A stretch of 64,000 bases of DNA from Azolla caroliniana (lineage: Eukaryota; Plantae; Polypodiophyta), in NCBI GenBank assembly GCA_043228905.1, contig JBHGNT010000009.1:496001-560000 (forward strand), read 5' to 3'. A program made the translations under genes and the position numbers. Below, in pieces: positions 39,301 to 51,600 of the stretch. The notes below the pieces were generated by a model that was given only the letters and a program-made list of their open reading frames with translations, did not search any database and had not been told where the DNA came from. The stretch's first letter is position 1. Every line of letters begins with the position of its first letter.

Positions 39301-39799
39301 GGGTAGTAATTACTAATAAAATTGTTCCAAGTTCAAGGGAGTTTCAACAAGAGTTTTCTTATAAAATTTCTAGTCAAGAGTCAAGACATAAATGGCATGC
39401 ATGCATGCTGCTACTTCATAAGACTATATAATTTCCTTCTCTTTTAATAGAGATCGATGGCGCGCAGGCATGGCGTGAAGGAGTGGCGTGAAGGAGCAGG
39501 AGCGGGTGCACGCTGAGGAACGCACGCGCTACCCAACAGAGCCAGAGGCGCCAACTGCTGTCCAAGCCGTCACACTGGAGAACTGCAGGTAATAAGCAGC
39601 AGAGCGTTGGCGGGAGCAAACGCAGCAGAGCGCGGAGTGGGAGCAGCAGGAAAAGGCGTGCAGGAGCAGGAGTAGGTGCACACTGAGGAACACGCGCGCT
39701 GTCCAACAGAGTAAGAGGAGGAGCACAACGCCAATTGCTGTCCAGGGGGAAGGGAAGAACAACACATACAACCTAGGCTCGCAAGACACATAACTCGCT

Positions 39800-41269
39800 A
39801 TGATGGGAGGAATCAAGCTTCCACCAGCGTCCAATTTGCTCGATGAAGAAGGTGGATCAGATCTCGCCATTACCCTGTCCCCCGAGGCTAACCGTGTCTT
39901 AGCGGAAGAAATCGAACGCCTACGGCGTACCTCCTTCGTATGTAGGTTTCTGGCAGGTAGACCAAGTCGGGGCATGGTTCGGGACATGTTTCAGGTGGCT
40001 GTGTTGGAGAACATGCCGGTAATCAAGAGTGTCAGGGGTTTAGGGAAAAACTTCTTCCACATTGAATTAGGTAATGACTCGCTGGCGCAGCCATTGGTCG
40101 AGCTCAAGGTACTCGAACTGAAGTACGGCAAGGTGTTGCTCCAACCATGGTCACCAGGGTTCAATCCGATCGAAGAGTTACGGAAACTCAACAACCCTAG
40201 GGTGATCACCGCAACATTTCCTGGCCTCCCTCCACATTTGTACCATCTGCTCCCTCTTTTTGGCGAACAAGTAGGAATGATATGCCCTCAAAAAGCGTCA
40301 ATGGCAGACACAGTCGCAGAGGTGCCCAAGTTGCGTATCTTGGTGCTTTCCCTCCATGGACTTCCATCAAGGATTAGACTCTACTCTGAGGAGTTAGGCC
40401 TCACAGTGGTAAAAGTGGTTTTTGAGGGACTCCCGGGGCAGTGTTTCATTTGCAAACAGACAGGACACCTAGCTAAGGAGTGTCCTCGTAAGATTGGAAA
40501 GGGAAGCTCGGGACCACGACCCTCGGGCAAAGTCGGGACATCCAAGGGTGAAGAAGCTCCTTGGATATCCGTTAAGAAGAAGGGGAAACTTGGAGGCCTA
40601 GGTGCCTCCTCTCCCGCCCTCTTTCATGACCACCCCCTTGAAAGAAGTCCTGCCACCTTGTCACCAGCAAGCGTGGACGAGCAACCCTTGAAACGAGTAA
40701 AGATCCTCTCCAGGAGTGCCAAGGCACCCGACCTACAGGTGAGAGCTACCAACAGATTTACACTTCTTCAAGGGTTAGGGGATGGCGACCCAGCAGCGCT
40801 AGCAGCAATGCTGTCCCCGTGCGACTCCTCACGCCTTCCCCTGCGGGAGCCCGAACTCGTGTTCTCCACCCCGATGGAGATGCAACCCCAACTTGTACCG
40901 TCCACCCCGGAAGAGAAGCTGGCACAGCCCCCCCTCCCGGTGGAGCGGGAATGTGGTAGTGGCCTCAGATTAGTGAAATCGTGGATCCGGACGGGCAAGC
41001 TCAAGGACAAAGAAAAGGGTAAGATAGGAAGACCAACACCTGGTTTGGCGACGACTCTGTTAGATAGAGGGGTGCAAGTTGTGCCACCGCTTCGGAGCAC
41101 AAATGTATCGCGGGATCTATTTGAAGCGGGTCGAGAACGATCGGCTGAGAATCTTGTAGGGGATTTGCAGCCTGCAGTGGAGACCATACCCCCCGAAACA
41201 GGTGTTAGTTTGCCCCATGACATGGAGATCGGCCCGAACATGGGCGCCAACGTCACCGTTTTCGGATGA
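39800..41269 (+). CDS. LINE ORF1 protein (DUF4283/RRM-like N-terminus, CCHC zinc knuckle)
   Basis: 489 aa. CFICKQTGHLAKEC knuckle, LQPWSPGFNP and FPGLPPHLY motifs typical of plant L1 ORF1. Confidence 0.92.
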   Translation: MMGGIKLPPASNLLDEEGGSDLAITLSPEANRVLAEEIERLRRTSFVCRFLAGRPSRGMVRDMFQVAVLENMPVIKSVRGLGKNFFHIELGNDSLAQPLVELKVLELKYGKVLLQPWSPGFNPIEELRKLNNPRVITATFPGLPPHLYHLLPLFGEQVGMICPQKASMADTVAEVPKLRILVLSLHGLPSRIRLYSEELGLTVVKVVFEGLPGQCFICKQTGHLAKECPRKIGKGSSGPRPSGKVGTSKGEEAPWISVKKKGKLGGLGASSPALFHDHPLERSPATLSPASVDEQPLKRVKILSRSAKAPDLQVRATNRFTLLQGLGDGDPAALAAMLSPCDSSRLPLREPELVFSTPMEMQPQLVPSTPEEKLAQPPLPVERECGSGLRLVKSWIRTGKLKDKEKGKIGRPTPGLATTLLDRGVQVVPPLRSTNVSRDLFEAGRERSAENLVGDLQPAVETIPPETGVSLPHDMEIGPNMGANVTVFG

Positions 41270-44200
41270 GGATCCTAACGTGGAATGTACAGGGCCTTGG
41301 TGGAGGCCGACAACACCAAGAGTGTAGAAGACTTCAGGAGGAGTTGAATCCCCTTAATATAGGGGGCCATATTGACATATTGCTTTTGCAGGAACACCAC
41401 CTCTCGCAAGAGCGAACTCAGAGCTTAGTAAACCCCTTGTCAGGTGGGTGGACCACATGGTGGTCGGCTGCGCAGGGTGACCTCCACCGAAGAGGAGGGG
41501 TCTGCATCTCGATCAGCGATAAGGCCCGATACGAAGTAACATCATCTGGCACGCTGGTGGAGGGTCGGGCCTTATACGTGCTTCTGAAATGGAATCGCCT
41601 ACAGATTGGGGTGCTAAACATTTATGCCCCTAACTCAGCCCCCGAGAGAGCAATCTTTTGGAGGATGCTCGCGACAACATTACCTAATGTCGAGGCTTGG
41701 GTAATGGCAGGTGATTTCAACATGACTGAACACATGGGAGATAGGAAAGGAGGGACCCAGAGGCCTATTTATGGTGCGGAGCTGGATTCATGGGCTTTCC
41801 TAATTGGCAAAATCGGGGTGAAGGATACATGGGGCTCTTCCCTTAGGCGAAGCTCACATTCGCTGCACTTTTCTAGAGCCGCCGGGAATGCTAGGGGCGG
41901 TAGTCTTGCACGGCTAGACCGCATATACATCAGCTCATCCCTCGAAGAGCTCGGGGGCTCCTTTGCTATCTTGGCAGGCCTTACCTTTTCAGATCATCAG
42001 CCGGTGAGACTAGACCTTAACCCACCCAACGATAGCAAGGGCAGTCTCAATGTAAAGATCCCCATAAAGATCATGAAGAGTGAAGAGGTGAAGGCCGGTT
42101 TACAGAGTATATGGCAGGACACCATGGGCAGTAAATCAGCCAGCGAAGATCTGTTGAAAAAATTGGCCCGCTCGTCCTCCTTTTTACAACAAGAGACCAA
42201 GCGCGCCCTCCAACAGGTTAGAGCCATTGAAACAAAATTAAGGAAGGCCGTTGCGGCAGCGCAACGGCTGTTACAGGTAGACCCTAGTTGCAAATGGTCT
42301 AGAGCTAAACTAGAGGAAGCAAAGATGAAGGTACATGAAAGGACTTTGGAGAAGAACCGAATGTTGTTTCGAAGAAACGCAGCATGGTGGGCTAGAAAAG
42401 ACGACAAGGTCAACCGACATTTCTTTCACTACAAGGCACCCAAGGGTGGTGGTGGACGTATACACGGGCTGCGAAAACCAGACGGCTCAATAACGGAGGA
42501 CAAGACTGAGGTTCTGGAAATGGCAACACAATACTATCGTGACCTCCTCGCACCTACGCATGTGCGGCAAAACTCGGAGCTGGCTGATCGAGTGATGTCT
42601 TGCATTCACCCCAAGGTAACCCAAGAGATGGAAGTTGTGCTCGATAGTCCCATCTCTCGTTTAGAGCTCTCGGAGGCACTTAGGGGATTGCGAAGGGGTG
42701 CATGCCCCGGTCCCGATGGTCTCTCACGAGATTTCTTCGAGATTCATTGGGAATGTGTTCTCCCGTCCTTGGAAGCCGGGTTCCAAGAGATTTGGTCCTC
42801 AGGAAAGATGCCGATTGGTCTGGCTGAGGGGATGATATATCTCATCCCCAAATCCCAAGAGGGAAGCCTAGAGTTGCGCCAATGGCGTCCAATCACGATC
42901 CTTAACACGGCATACAAGATACTTGCTAAAGTCCTTGCTCAGCGATTAGCAAGCTTCTTACCGGACATCATACACGACAATCAAACTGGGTTTGTCAAGA
43001 ACAGGTGTATCTTTGATAATGTGTTGCTTCTTTGGGAAGCTATGGCATTGGCCGGTCGCTCCGTATCGAGCTCGGCTATTCTGATGCTAGACTTTGAGAA
43101 GGCCTACGATAGGGTGTTATGGCCCTTCTTGGAAAATGTGATGAGAGCTTTGGGCCTACCTCAAAAATGGAGGAATTGCACTTCTGCACTCTATCGGACA
43201 GCTACGAGTAGCGTGCTGATGGCTGGATCTAGGGGACCCGCCTTCCAACTACAACGCTCAGTGAGGCAAGGCTGTCCCCTAGCCCCATATCTCTATCTCT
43301 TTATAACCGAGGCTTTCTCCGCCTACTTACAAGCACCAACTAGCGGGTTGCGGGGATTGCCCATCCCCAATGCGACTGAAGATTTGCTGTTATCTGAATA
43401 TGCCGACGATACGGTTCTTTTCTTGCAAGGTGATGAGGAGAATTTACAGCGGGCTGAACATCTTGTCGAGGACTTTTGTCAGGCGGCTGGTGCCAAGATC
43501 AATTGGAATAAAACCCAAGGTCTATGGTTCAGCGAACAGGAGACACCAAGATGGCAACCCCATGCCGATTTTACGTGGGTCCCTAGTGGGACGACTTTCA
43601 AGTACCTTGGATTTACGATGGGGAGGTCAATCCCCAAGGGAGCTCAATTGGCCCACGTACAAGCCAAAATAAGTAAGAAGCTGAACCAGTGGAGTAGATC
43701 AAAATTGTCCTTCGCTGGTAGGGTCCTTGTGGCGAACCAAGTGCTGCTCGCTACCATGTGGCACTCAGTCTCATGCTGGATTATGGACCCTGCAGGTTTG
43801 CACGCGATTAAGGCTGCCATTAGGGGGTTTATATGGTCAGGTAAGGACAACCCACGGGCTGCCGCCAGAGTCTCATGGTGTTGGTTAACGCAACCGCGGG
43901 CCAAAGGGGGGCTTGGCCTCATAGACCCCTTAATGCAGAGTCGTGCATTGCTGGCTAAAATGGTGGTTCGCTGCCTCCTGCCCGGTAAGGGGTGTTGGAA
44001 GGTACTTCTTCGCAACAGGCTGCAAGTAGGGACTCCCAAGTATGGTAGGCCTTGGCCCGACTCCTTGAATTGGTGCTGCACGAGTGGAGTCCCACCCAGG
44101 CTGGCTTGCCATCCGGAGGATAGGGTCACGAACTCCATCTTGCGGGCATGGTGCCATATACGACAACATTTGGTCAAGCACACCCCGGAAACATTGACCG

Positions 44201-45579
44201 AATGGACTAGACAGCCACTATTCTGGAATCCTCATGTGCGAACGAATGACAACGCGATGCTAGGGCAACTTAAGGGCCTAGCATGGGGAAAGTTGGCACA
44301 AACAGGCCTCCTATCTATAGACGATTGGAGACGCATGGCTGATTCAGGAAGAGCCCAAGAGGTCCTTTTCCCTCCCCTCAAGGGAGCTACGAAAATGCGG
44401 AGACTGATAGCTGAGGCAGTTGACAGGGTTCCGATGGGGGTGGCGAGAGAACATGCATGGTTCGGTCTCTTTGACGAGGCTGGAATGGTCAAGGCGCTAA
44501 AGGGCATGAGCGGATCGGGGAGTGATACAGTTTTTGGGGACAGCCAGAGCAGCGGCTCTTGGCACCCAATCCGAGTGGTGGCACAGATTGATAACATCTG
44601 GAAGACAGACCCGGATGTTGCTAAGGTGGAACCCCATTGGAGGTTAAGGGTATACGGTTGCCGTCCCCTTGTCGATCTGGATTGGGACCCCGGGGATTTC
44701 AGATGGAAACATGACGATAGACTCCACCACTTCTTCGATTACACCACTAAATTGGGTCGGACTTTGCAACTGCAGCGAGGCGGCCCCCTTCGCAACGGCT
44801 GGCGAACATTGGGCATCCCCGATGAGGCGCTCATTGCCTTTTGGAAGGGTCTTTGGCGTCTCCACATGCCTGAAAAGATCAAGCTCTTTTGGTGGCAGAT
44901 CGGTCATAATGTGGTGCCCGTTGGCGAATGGTTAGATAAACGGGGCGGCCCGTTAGGCTGCCCACTGTGCTCTCTACCTAATGAGTCTCTGAGACATTGT
45001 TTGTGGGATTGCCCTCAAGCTCAAAAGGTATGGGATAGAGTGACTCGCCTCCTTGTGGCATGCGACGTTGAAGGAACAGCCTTGTGGAGCGCTGCGGCAT
45101 GGATTGATCACTCGGTCGAAGGGTGGACGGACGCCGTCAATGCGGATAGTTGGTGCTATGTATGCACGAGAGGCAAAATCGTCAAGATCCGTTTTGAAAG
45201 AGGCTTGCAGCCCGCATCCCCTAGGTTTCCGGAAATCTGGATGTTGATCGCAGGTTTCACCTTGTGGTATATATGGAAAGCGCGCTGCCTCAAGGTCTTC
45301 CAAGGTACAGTACGCCCCCCGGAGGAAGTGATCATGGACATATGGTTCGCGCTTATCAGCTGCCTACGAGGGCAACTAGAAGAGATCTGCAACCACTCCA
45401 ACGACGTGACCACTGCCCGTTTGCGCTTTTGGCAGAAATGGCAGAGCACACCTATGGTGATGCAAGGCGGGAGTGGCCCGAGGTGGAACTACCAGCCCCC
45501 ACGTTGGTTGTTTCCTATTCACCTGCCACCCTCTTTTCGGTGTAGGCCCCAAGAGCCGACTCGTACGAGGCCACATTGA
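41266..45579 (+). CDS. LINE ORF2 protein (APE endonuclease, reverse transcriptase, zf-RVT)
   Basis: 1437 aa. ILTWNVQG, LLQEHH, NIYAPN, AGDFN, RLDRIY, SDHQP (endonuclease). WRPITILN, LDFEKAYD, VRQGCPLAP, YADD, FKYLG (RT). CPLC..ESLRHCLWDC (zinc finger). Confidence 0.98.
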   Translation: MRILTWNVQGLGGGRQHQECRRLQEELNPLNIGGHIDILLLQEHHLSQERTQSLVNPLSGGWTTWWSAAQGDLHRRGGVCISISDKARYEVTSSGTLVEGRALYVLLKWNRLQIGVLNIYAPNSAPERAIFWRMLATTLPNVEAWVMAGDFNMTEHMGDRKGGTQRPIYGAELDSWAFLIGKIGVKDTWGSSLRRSSHSLHFSRAAGNARGGSLARLDRIYISSSLEELGGSFAILAGLTFSDHQPVRLDLNPPNDSKGSLNVKIPIKIMKSEEVKAGLQSIWQDTMGSKSASEDLLKKLARSSSFLQQETKRALQQVRAIETKLRKAVAAAQRLLQVDPSCKWSRAKLEEAKMKVHERTLEKNRMLFRRNAAWWARKDDKVNRHFFHYKAPKGGGGRIHGLRKPDGSITEDKTEVLEMATQYYRDLLAPTHVRQNSELADRVMSCIHPKVTQEMEVVLDSPISRLELSEALRGLRRGACPGPDGLSRDFFEIHWECVLPSLEAGFQEIWSSGKMPIGLAEGMIYLIPKSQEGSLELRQWRPITILNTAYKILAKVLAQRLASFLPDIIHDNQTGFVKNRCIFDNVLLLWEAMALAGRSVSSSAILMLDFEKAYDRVLWPFLENVMRALGLPQKWRNCTSALYRTATSSVLMAGSRGPAFQLQRSVRQGCPLAPYLYLFITEAFSAYLQAPTSGLRGLPIPNATEDLLLSEYADDTVLFLQGDEENLQRAEHLVEDFCQAAGAKINWNKTQGLWFSEQETPRWQPHADFTWVPSGTTFKYLGFTMGRSIPKGAQLAHVQAKISKKLNQWSRSKLSFAGRVLVANQVLLATMWHSVSCWIMDPAGLHAIKAAIRGFIWSGKDNPRAAARVSWCWLTQPRAKGGLGLIDPLMQSRALLAKMVVRCLLPGKGCWKVLLRNRLQVGTPKYGRPWPDSLNWCCTSGVPPRLACHPEDRVTNSILRAWCHIRQHLVKHTPETLTEWTRQPLFWNPHVRTNDNAMLGQLKGLAWGKLAQTGLLSIDDWRRMADSGRAQEVLFPPLKGATKMRRLIAEAVDRVPMGVAREHAWFGLFDEAGMVKALKGMSGSGSDTVFGDSQSSGSWHPIRVVAQIDNIWKTDPDVAKVEPHWRLRVYGCRPLVDLDWDPGDFRWKHDDRLHHFFDYTTKLGRTLQLQRGGPLRNGWRTLGIPDEALIAFWKGLWRLHMPEKIKLFWWQIGHNVVPVGEWLDKRGGPLGCPLCSLPNESLRHCLWDCPQAQKVWDRVTRLLVACDVEGTALWSAAAWIDHSVEGWTDAVNADSWCYVCTRGKIVKIRFERGLQPASPRFPEIWMLIAGFTLWYIWKARCLKVFQGTVRPPEEVIMDIWFALISCLRGQLEEICNHSNDVTTARLRFWQKWQSTPMVMQGGSGPRWNYQPPRWLFPIHLPPSFRCRPQEPTRTRPH

Positions 45580-48500
45580 AGGGCATTGCCTTGGATATAG
45601 GTAGCTTCTTACATTAAGTTAGGCCGCAAGGCAATGTAAGTGGCTCATCTTCTTTGGCTTGATCGGAGGAAGTCTCCCCGATGTGTGTACAAATCTCCTT
45701 ATAGACTCTATGTAATAATCCTTCCTAACTAATGGGAAAGTAGCTTTACTTTGAAAAAAAAAAAAAAAAAAAGACTATAATTTCCCTTTCACATTGGGGA
45801 CATGAAAAGGGTCAAATTTTTTTTGGGGGAACTAGCTCAATGGTTGGATACCACACAACTAAATTTAAACAAAGCACTCATATAATATGCAAAAAAATAA
45901 ATAAGACCAGGAACCACGTGAAAAAAAACATCAGCTAAGGTTTTTTTAGCATGCAAAAAACATTGGTTAAATATGTGATCTTAACATATGAAAGATTTTA
46001 AAGCACAATTATTTATTAAGTATTAGCTTCAAAGAATGAATGTATTAAAAATTCACACATGTTAAGGTTTCAAAATGCTGGCTTGACCTTAAGTACATCA
46101 AGATTCATAGAAAGAAATATAATAGTTTGCCCTCTAGTATCTATATTCCTTCTAGATTTGATAATTGACATTGGAAACATGTTATCTCACAAGAAGTTGA
46201 TGTTGAGCATCTAAACCATGTTGTTGGATCATGATTCTAATGTTAAAGCATAAAAAACTTGACATGTTTTGAGTAAGGATCACATGCCAAGCAACGGATT
46301 CAAATTCCTTCCTAGAATGATGTTTTTCTTAGAAATTAAATTGCTATCCGTAGTTTGTAGAATGCAGAATTCTACATTTACAATACTCTGAAGTATTCTA
46401 CCCATATTCTATGTTTTAGAACTGCCATTTTTTAAAATTTCACGTATTCTAAAAATATGATGTATTCTACTTATTTAACCGGTATTTATCATTTCAAAAA
46501 AGTCTTAAAATTTTATTTTATTTTATTGAAAAAAATACTTTAAATTTTAAGAAGTATTTAACGTATTTTACAAGTATTCTACACCTATGTAAAATACATA
46601 TTCTAAGTATTTTAAAAAAAGTTAGAATTACTTGTAGATTACTTAGCATACTTATTCAACACAAATGCACAAGTTAGTTTCCTTCCAACTTAAAATATTC
46701 AAACAGGTCTACTCCAATATTGGGTCACAATCAGAACATTATCATCATCAGCACTTAAGCACCTTCCAATGGACGAGATGTTCAAGTAACCGTAATTATA
46801 TAGATCCAAGACACCACATTCAAGAAAATGATTGTAGAAAAAAGACAATGAGATGTAATGTTATTTGGATGAATAGTTCCTTTTAAAAGCTTTATGTGGA
46901 TCATGGAAATTCAAGTGAACCAAAAATGAAGAATGCAATGAAGGTTGTTCCATATAATCTGAAGAACAAACCTATTGGCCCTCAATTGATACATTTACAT
47001 GGATGCTAATTGAGGTAAGCAAACCAACAACTTCACGGAATTGAAGAATGTTAATGAAGATGATTCACATGCAACAATTGTTTCTTTCCTTGTTTTCGTT
47101 GATCCTGGTCAATACCAATCAAAGATGCATTTGATGAATCTAATATAAGAAGTTATTACATTGTTGGATGTTCGAAAGTGAAGCTAAAAGGGTATCTAAC
47201 CAATCAACAAGTTTACTGACAAATGATTTGTTAATGATCTAACATATTGACTTGGTGATAACATAAAAGATTGTGTAAGAGAGGAACATGATTTTATAAA
47301 GGGTGATCCATATTAGATGCCATTATTAGTCTTCGGATGAACGTGAATTAACTTACCTTCACACTTTGCTAATTGTACAAATGATTGATGAAGGAATTTT
47401 AAGAAAGCTTGCAATATCTTTTCATATTAGATGCCAGTATAGTCTTGGGATGAACATAAACATGACTAAATTTACCTTCAATACTTTGCTAATTACAACA
47501 AGAACTGATGAAGCACAATAAGAGTTCTTATGAAATTTTAAGAAAGCTTGCAAGATCTTTTGTATTGCCCTAGGTTCCATAATCAATAACAATGAAACAT
47601 AGATCAGATGTATTCTCTTTGCTGAGCAAAACATGTTCACCGTTAACTCCTACAAAGAGCTGAGCAATAGTAGAGCAGAAAAATGAGTATGATTTATAAG
47701 AGTATGCATATGGTCCTAAATCACATTCTTTTCTTATCTTTGGTTTATTTCCTATGGTACAAGGAACCCTCCAACCAGAGTTCTAAACTCTTAGAAAGTC
47801 TAGAAATTCTTAACATCCACATGTTACCAGACCAAGATGTGGAACACTAGTTCCTTTAAAGCCTGTATGTGGTGTACAAGCAAGCCGGTCCACTCACTCG
47901 TGTCATTATATATTCAAGAAAATTTAGAGTGCAGTATTGCCTCAATCATTGCCAGTACTCGCATGGCTCATGTTATTCAATGCAAGAAACTTCTATAGAC
48001 CAGCAAGGTTGAAAACGTCAACATGTATTCTAGATGTGGATGAAGGTCAGAACTCTCCACCATCTATTCCTCACCTGCCCCAAAAAACAAAAATTCTGTA
48101 ATAGTTCTATCCAAGATTGGCACAATGTCCTCCATGTGGAAAGAAATTCTTCCAGCTGTATCTGGGAATGCATGAGGGTTTTCCATGGAAAATGCCATAA
48201 CCGAGGTAAAAAGAGACAGATGCCAAAAAAACAAGACTGTGGAGTCTCTAACACTCCAATCCATGCCAAAATATTGGGTCCAAAATTCTAATCTGTTCCG
48301 ACATATTCTTCTCTACGACTCTGATCTCATGGAAAACAAATAAATCGAAGTCCCAAACTACACAGGAATTATTGAGAACCCATATGCACACTAACAACAC
48401 CGCCCATAATTTTGGGTCCATACATGCATATATATAAGAGATGCAAATTCCAAAAGAATGAAAACATCCATTGAAAAGTTTCTTACCACAGCATGGTAGT

Positions 48501-48609
48501 AGTGACATTTATTGATTTACAAACCTTGTCATCATCATAAAATGACATGGTGGAGAAGTGAGTAATAAATAAAAAATAAGCAGCAGCCCCTTATTAGTAT
48601 TATTGAATA

Positions 48610-51600
48610 TTATAAGTTAGCCATGATGAAGACAGGCTCCTTCTCCTGTTTGATGCTGTCAGCAACATGAGAAACTACACCTTCACCCTCATAATACAGC
48701 CACTGTGATTTTACCTGCCATCAATTTTGATTCTGGGATCATTTACATATATAAGTGTATCTATTTAAAAATCATTAAATACATAGATTTCATAAGAAAA
48801 CCAGAAATTCGTTTATATTTACGTATGTTCAGACTGAATTAAAATAATCATGAATCTCGTACATGGATATGGTTATGAGCCAAAAAGGGCCAGAAAGCAG
48901 CATGAAAGCTCACATCAACTTTCCACCATGAAACCTGCTGCAATCCTCTTATCATCTCCTCTGTACACATATATTGCAACACAAAGTTAAAGAGAGATCA
49001 GATGGTAACCGATATCATAACTGTAACTATATATAGCAAGGACCTTCTTTAATGTTTCCTTTCTAATAATTGGAATATATTAGAAGGTCTATCTATTAGA
49101 ATGTAACAACAAAAAATAAGCAAATTTACCTTCCATGTCATGATAATAGTCTGCGGCAGCTTTGCTGCTTGGAGATTTTTGGGCAGCTTCTTTGGCTTTT
49201 GGGACCAGCACCTCAGCCTCCCCTCCATCAAATGAGGCTAGATGATCTTTGCCCATCTTACTCACGGCCGGACAATGCATCACGCCCACGACGTGGTTGT
49301 ACCCACTAATCGACTTCTTTGGCGGCTATATCCACATTCATGCATTATTATGGCAGGTTTATTTGTTAAAAACAAATGTCTGTTTTGAAAATTTAGATTT
49401 ACAGAGCATTTTAATTTTTTGAGGATATAGTTACCACTGGTAATTCTGTCTCCCTCCGGATAGACGAAGTTCGCCAGCCTACCATGTCTGAGTTTTATCA
49501 CGCAAGTCAAGGGCATAACACATAATAGGGAAAACTCCCTCAGTTATTTTTTGTCTCCCTGGGTTTTTCTTCATTTCGCCAAATGCCCCTCAGTTTTCCT
49601 TCTAAATTACCCTGAATAATCCCCTCTCCAGAAAGCAAATATATGTGCTATTTGTGCAATTATATGATAAAGTTTATATATGCTTTTTTTCTCACTTATA
49701 CATGTGCTAGTTTAAGTAGATGAGTATGATACCAAACTTTACTCACCTTCAACCATTGACCTGGAGAATTTAGGGTAACAATAAACATTTAGGGGCACTT
49801 GGGTAAATAAAGAAAATCACAGGTATTTCAAGAGTTTTGATCCCTGTAATATGTTTGCTCTGTTCAAATTAACCATCTTCTCAACATTCAAATCAAAGGG
49901 ATACGATCATAGCTCACATTAGCATAGCAGGCCCGAAGCTTGAATGAAGCAAGGGCTGACCTGAAAAATCCGTAAAGATAACCAAAGCAGCATATCATGA
50001 CAACACAACCATTTGGGTAGATTGAGAATTCAATACAATGGTAATTTGTACTCGAGTAGAAGTAAAAGCCTCTCACAAGAATGGGAGATCATCATGACAG
50101 TCTCGAGCCATGCACAGGAGCAATGGAGGCTTGCTGGGCTTCTCATCCATCAGAAAAAGCTGGCGGCCTGTGCGTCCTGCCAACAAGGGTGCCAATGGTG
50201 CGGCAAGTTTTTCGAGCAAAGGAACACCCAACAAGAATGGAAGCTACCTCATATAACATTAAAAAAAGAAAAACTGTAAAATTAGCTTCATACCAGAAGG
50301 AAACATAGCCTAATATACGTTGTGTGAGGGGGGCTTGTATGGCATACCTCATTACTCATCCCTACTAATGTATAGCTATACAACAGTCATGTAGTACACA
50401 TATGAATGTACATAAAATACGTATATACATGCATGGAAATGTATGTCATGAATGTTTCACCTGTTTTCTTCCCCTGACCCCTAAATGTGGAGTTGCAAGT
50501 GTGATGAAGTTAGTTGGCAGTAGCCCACAGATTTTTCTCACAGTAGGAAGAGAATGTTGTTGTTCATTATAGCTTTGACTTTTATTAATTGGATCCAGCA
50601 GGGCTGCTATCGCATATCGAGCGAACAAGCCGCCAAGGGAATGTCCAAGGAATGAAATCTTCTCCAACTTCGGATATTTTGCAATCACTCCTTGTATCTA
50701 TGAGCACGGCAATTTGATCTTAATTACAAGTGCTTTCTTACATATTCACATGCATGCAATGATTGACAAAAGAAATTATTCGTTATGAATTAATTTATAC
50801 CTCAATCGCAAGCCGCTTCCCTGCAACATCAATGCCCGACAATGTCTGAGCATATGAATTTGCGTGACTGGCTGCAATATACTTAGTTATAGTTTATCAA
50901 ATGGAAAAACGTGCTTAACCCATTAAGACATAAAGTATAATACATGCCATAGGAAATATGATGGCATAATAATACATGAAGTAGTAGCACCCACCATAAA
51001 TCAGAAATGATCCGCTCAATTGTCTTTTCAATACAGATGTGACATATTTCCAGTCATTCGGACTGCAAAAATGATCAAAAAGAAGAAAAAGAAAAAAACA
51101 ATCTATTGTTTGAGAGAGAGAGAGAGAGAGAGAGAAACCGAAGCGCATAAAACAAGAGTAGCATTACACTTAATCATATATGTTCGTAAATTATTCGAAC
51201 ATGATCAATGCATAGTAAAGGGTCATAAATTGATATTTATACATACATACACACATATACACTTAATCATCTACATACGGGCAGTGACTCCAACATGATA
51301 AATACATAGTAAAGGGTCATAAATTGATATTTCTACGTTCATACATACATACATACATACATATATATATCCACACACTTAATCATCTACATAGGGGCAG
51401 TGATTCCAACATGATAAATACATAGTAAAAGTTCATAAATTGATATTTCTGCATACATACATATATACATCCAACATGATAAATACATAGTAAAAGTTCA
51501 TAAATTGATATTTCTGCATACATACATATATACATCCAACATGATAAATACATAGTAAAAGTTCATAAATTGATATTTCTGCTTACATACATATATACAT

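Larger units (their letters stand above)
39437..45772 (+). mobile_element. Full-length intact L1-clade non-LTR retrotransposon (LINE)
   Basis: GC-rich 5' UTR, two uninterrupted ORFs, short 3' UTR and poly(A) at 45754-45772. Flanks AAGACTATA(TA)ATTTCC at ~39420-39436 and AAGACTATAATTTCC at 45771-45785. Confidence 0.97.

Noticed and set aside
36500-39400. Short ORFs (e.g. 37636-38016 with a signal-like start) and weak ~130-bp repeats near 38400-38700
   Set aside because: No recognisable domain or consistent splice model. Treated as decayed intergenic sequence.
39416-45576. Antisense ORFs within the LINE (e.g. 39529-39987, 43644-44183), considered as an ORF0 analogue
   Set aside because: No recognisable motifs. 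Expected shadow frames of GC-rich coding DNA.
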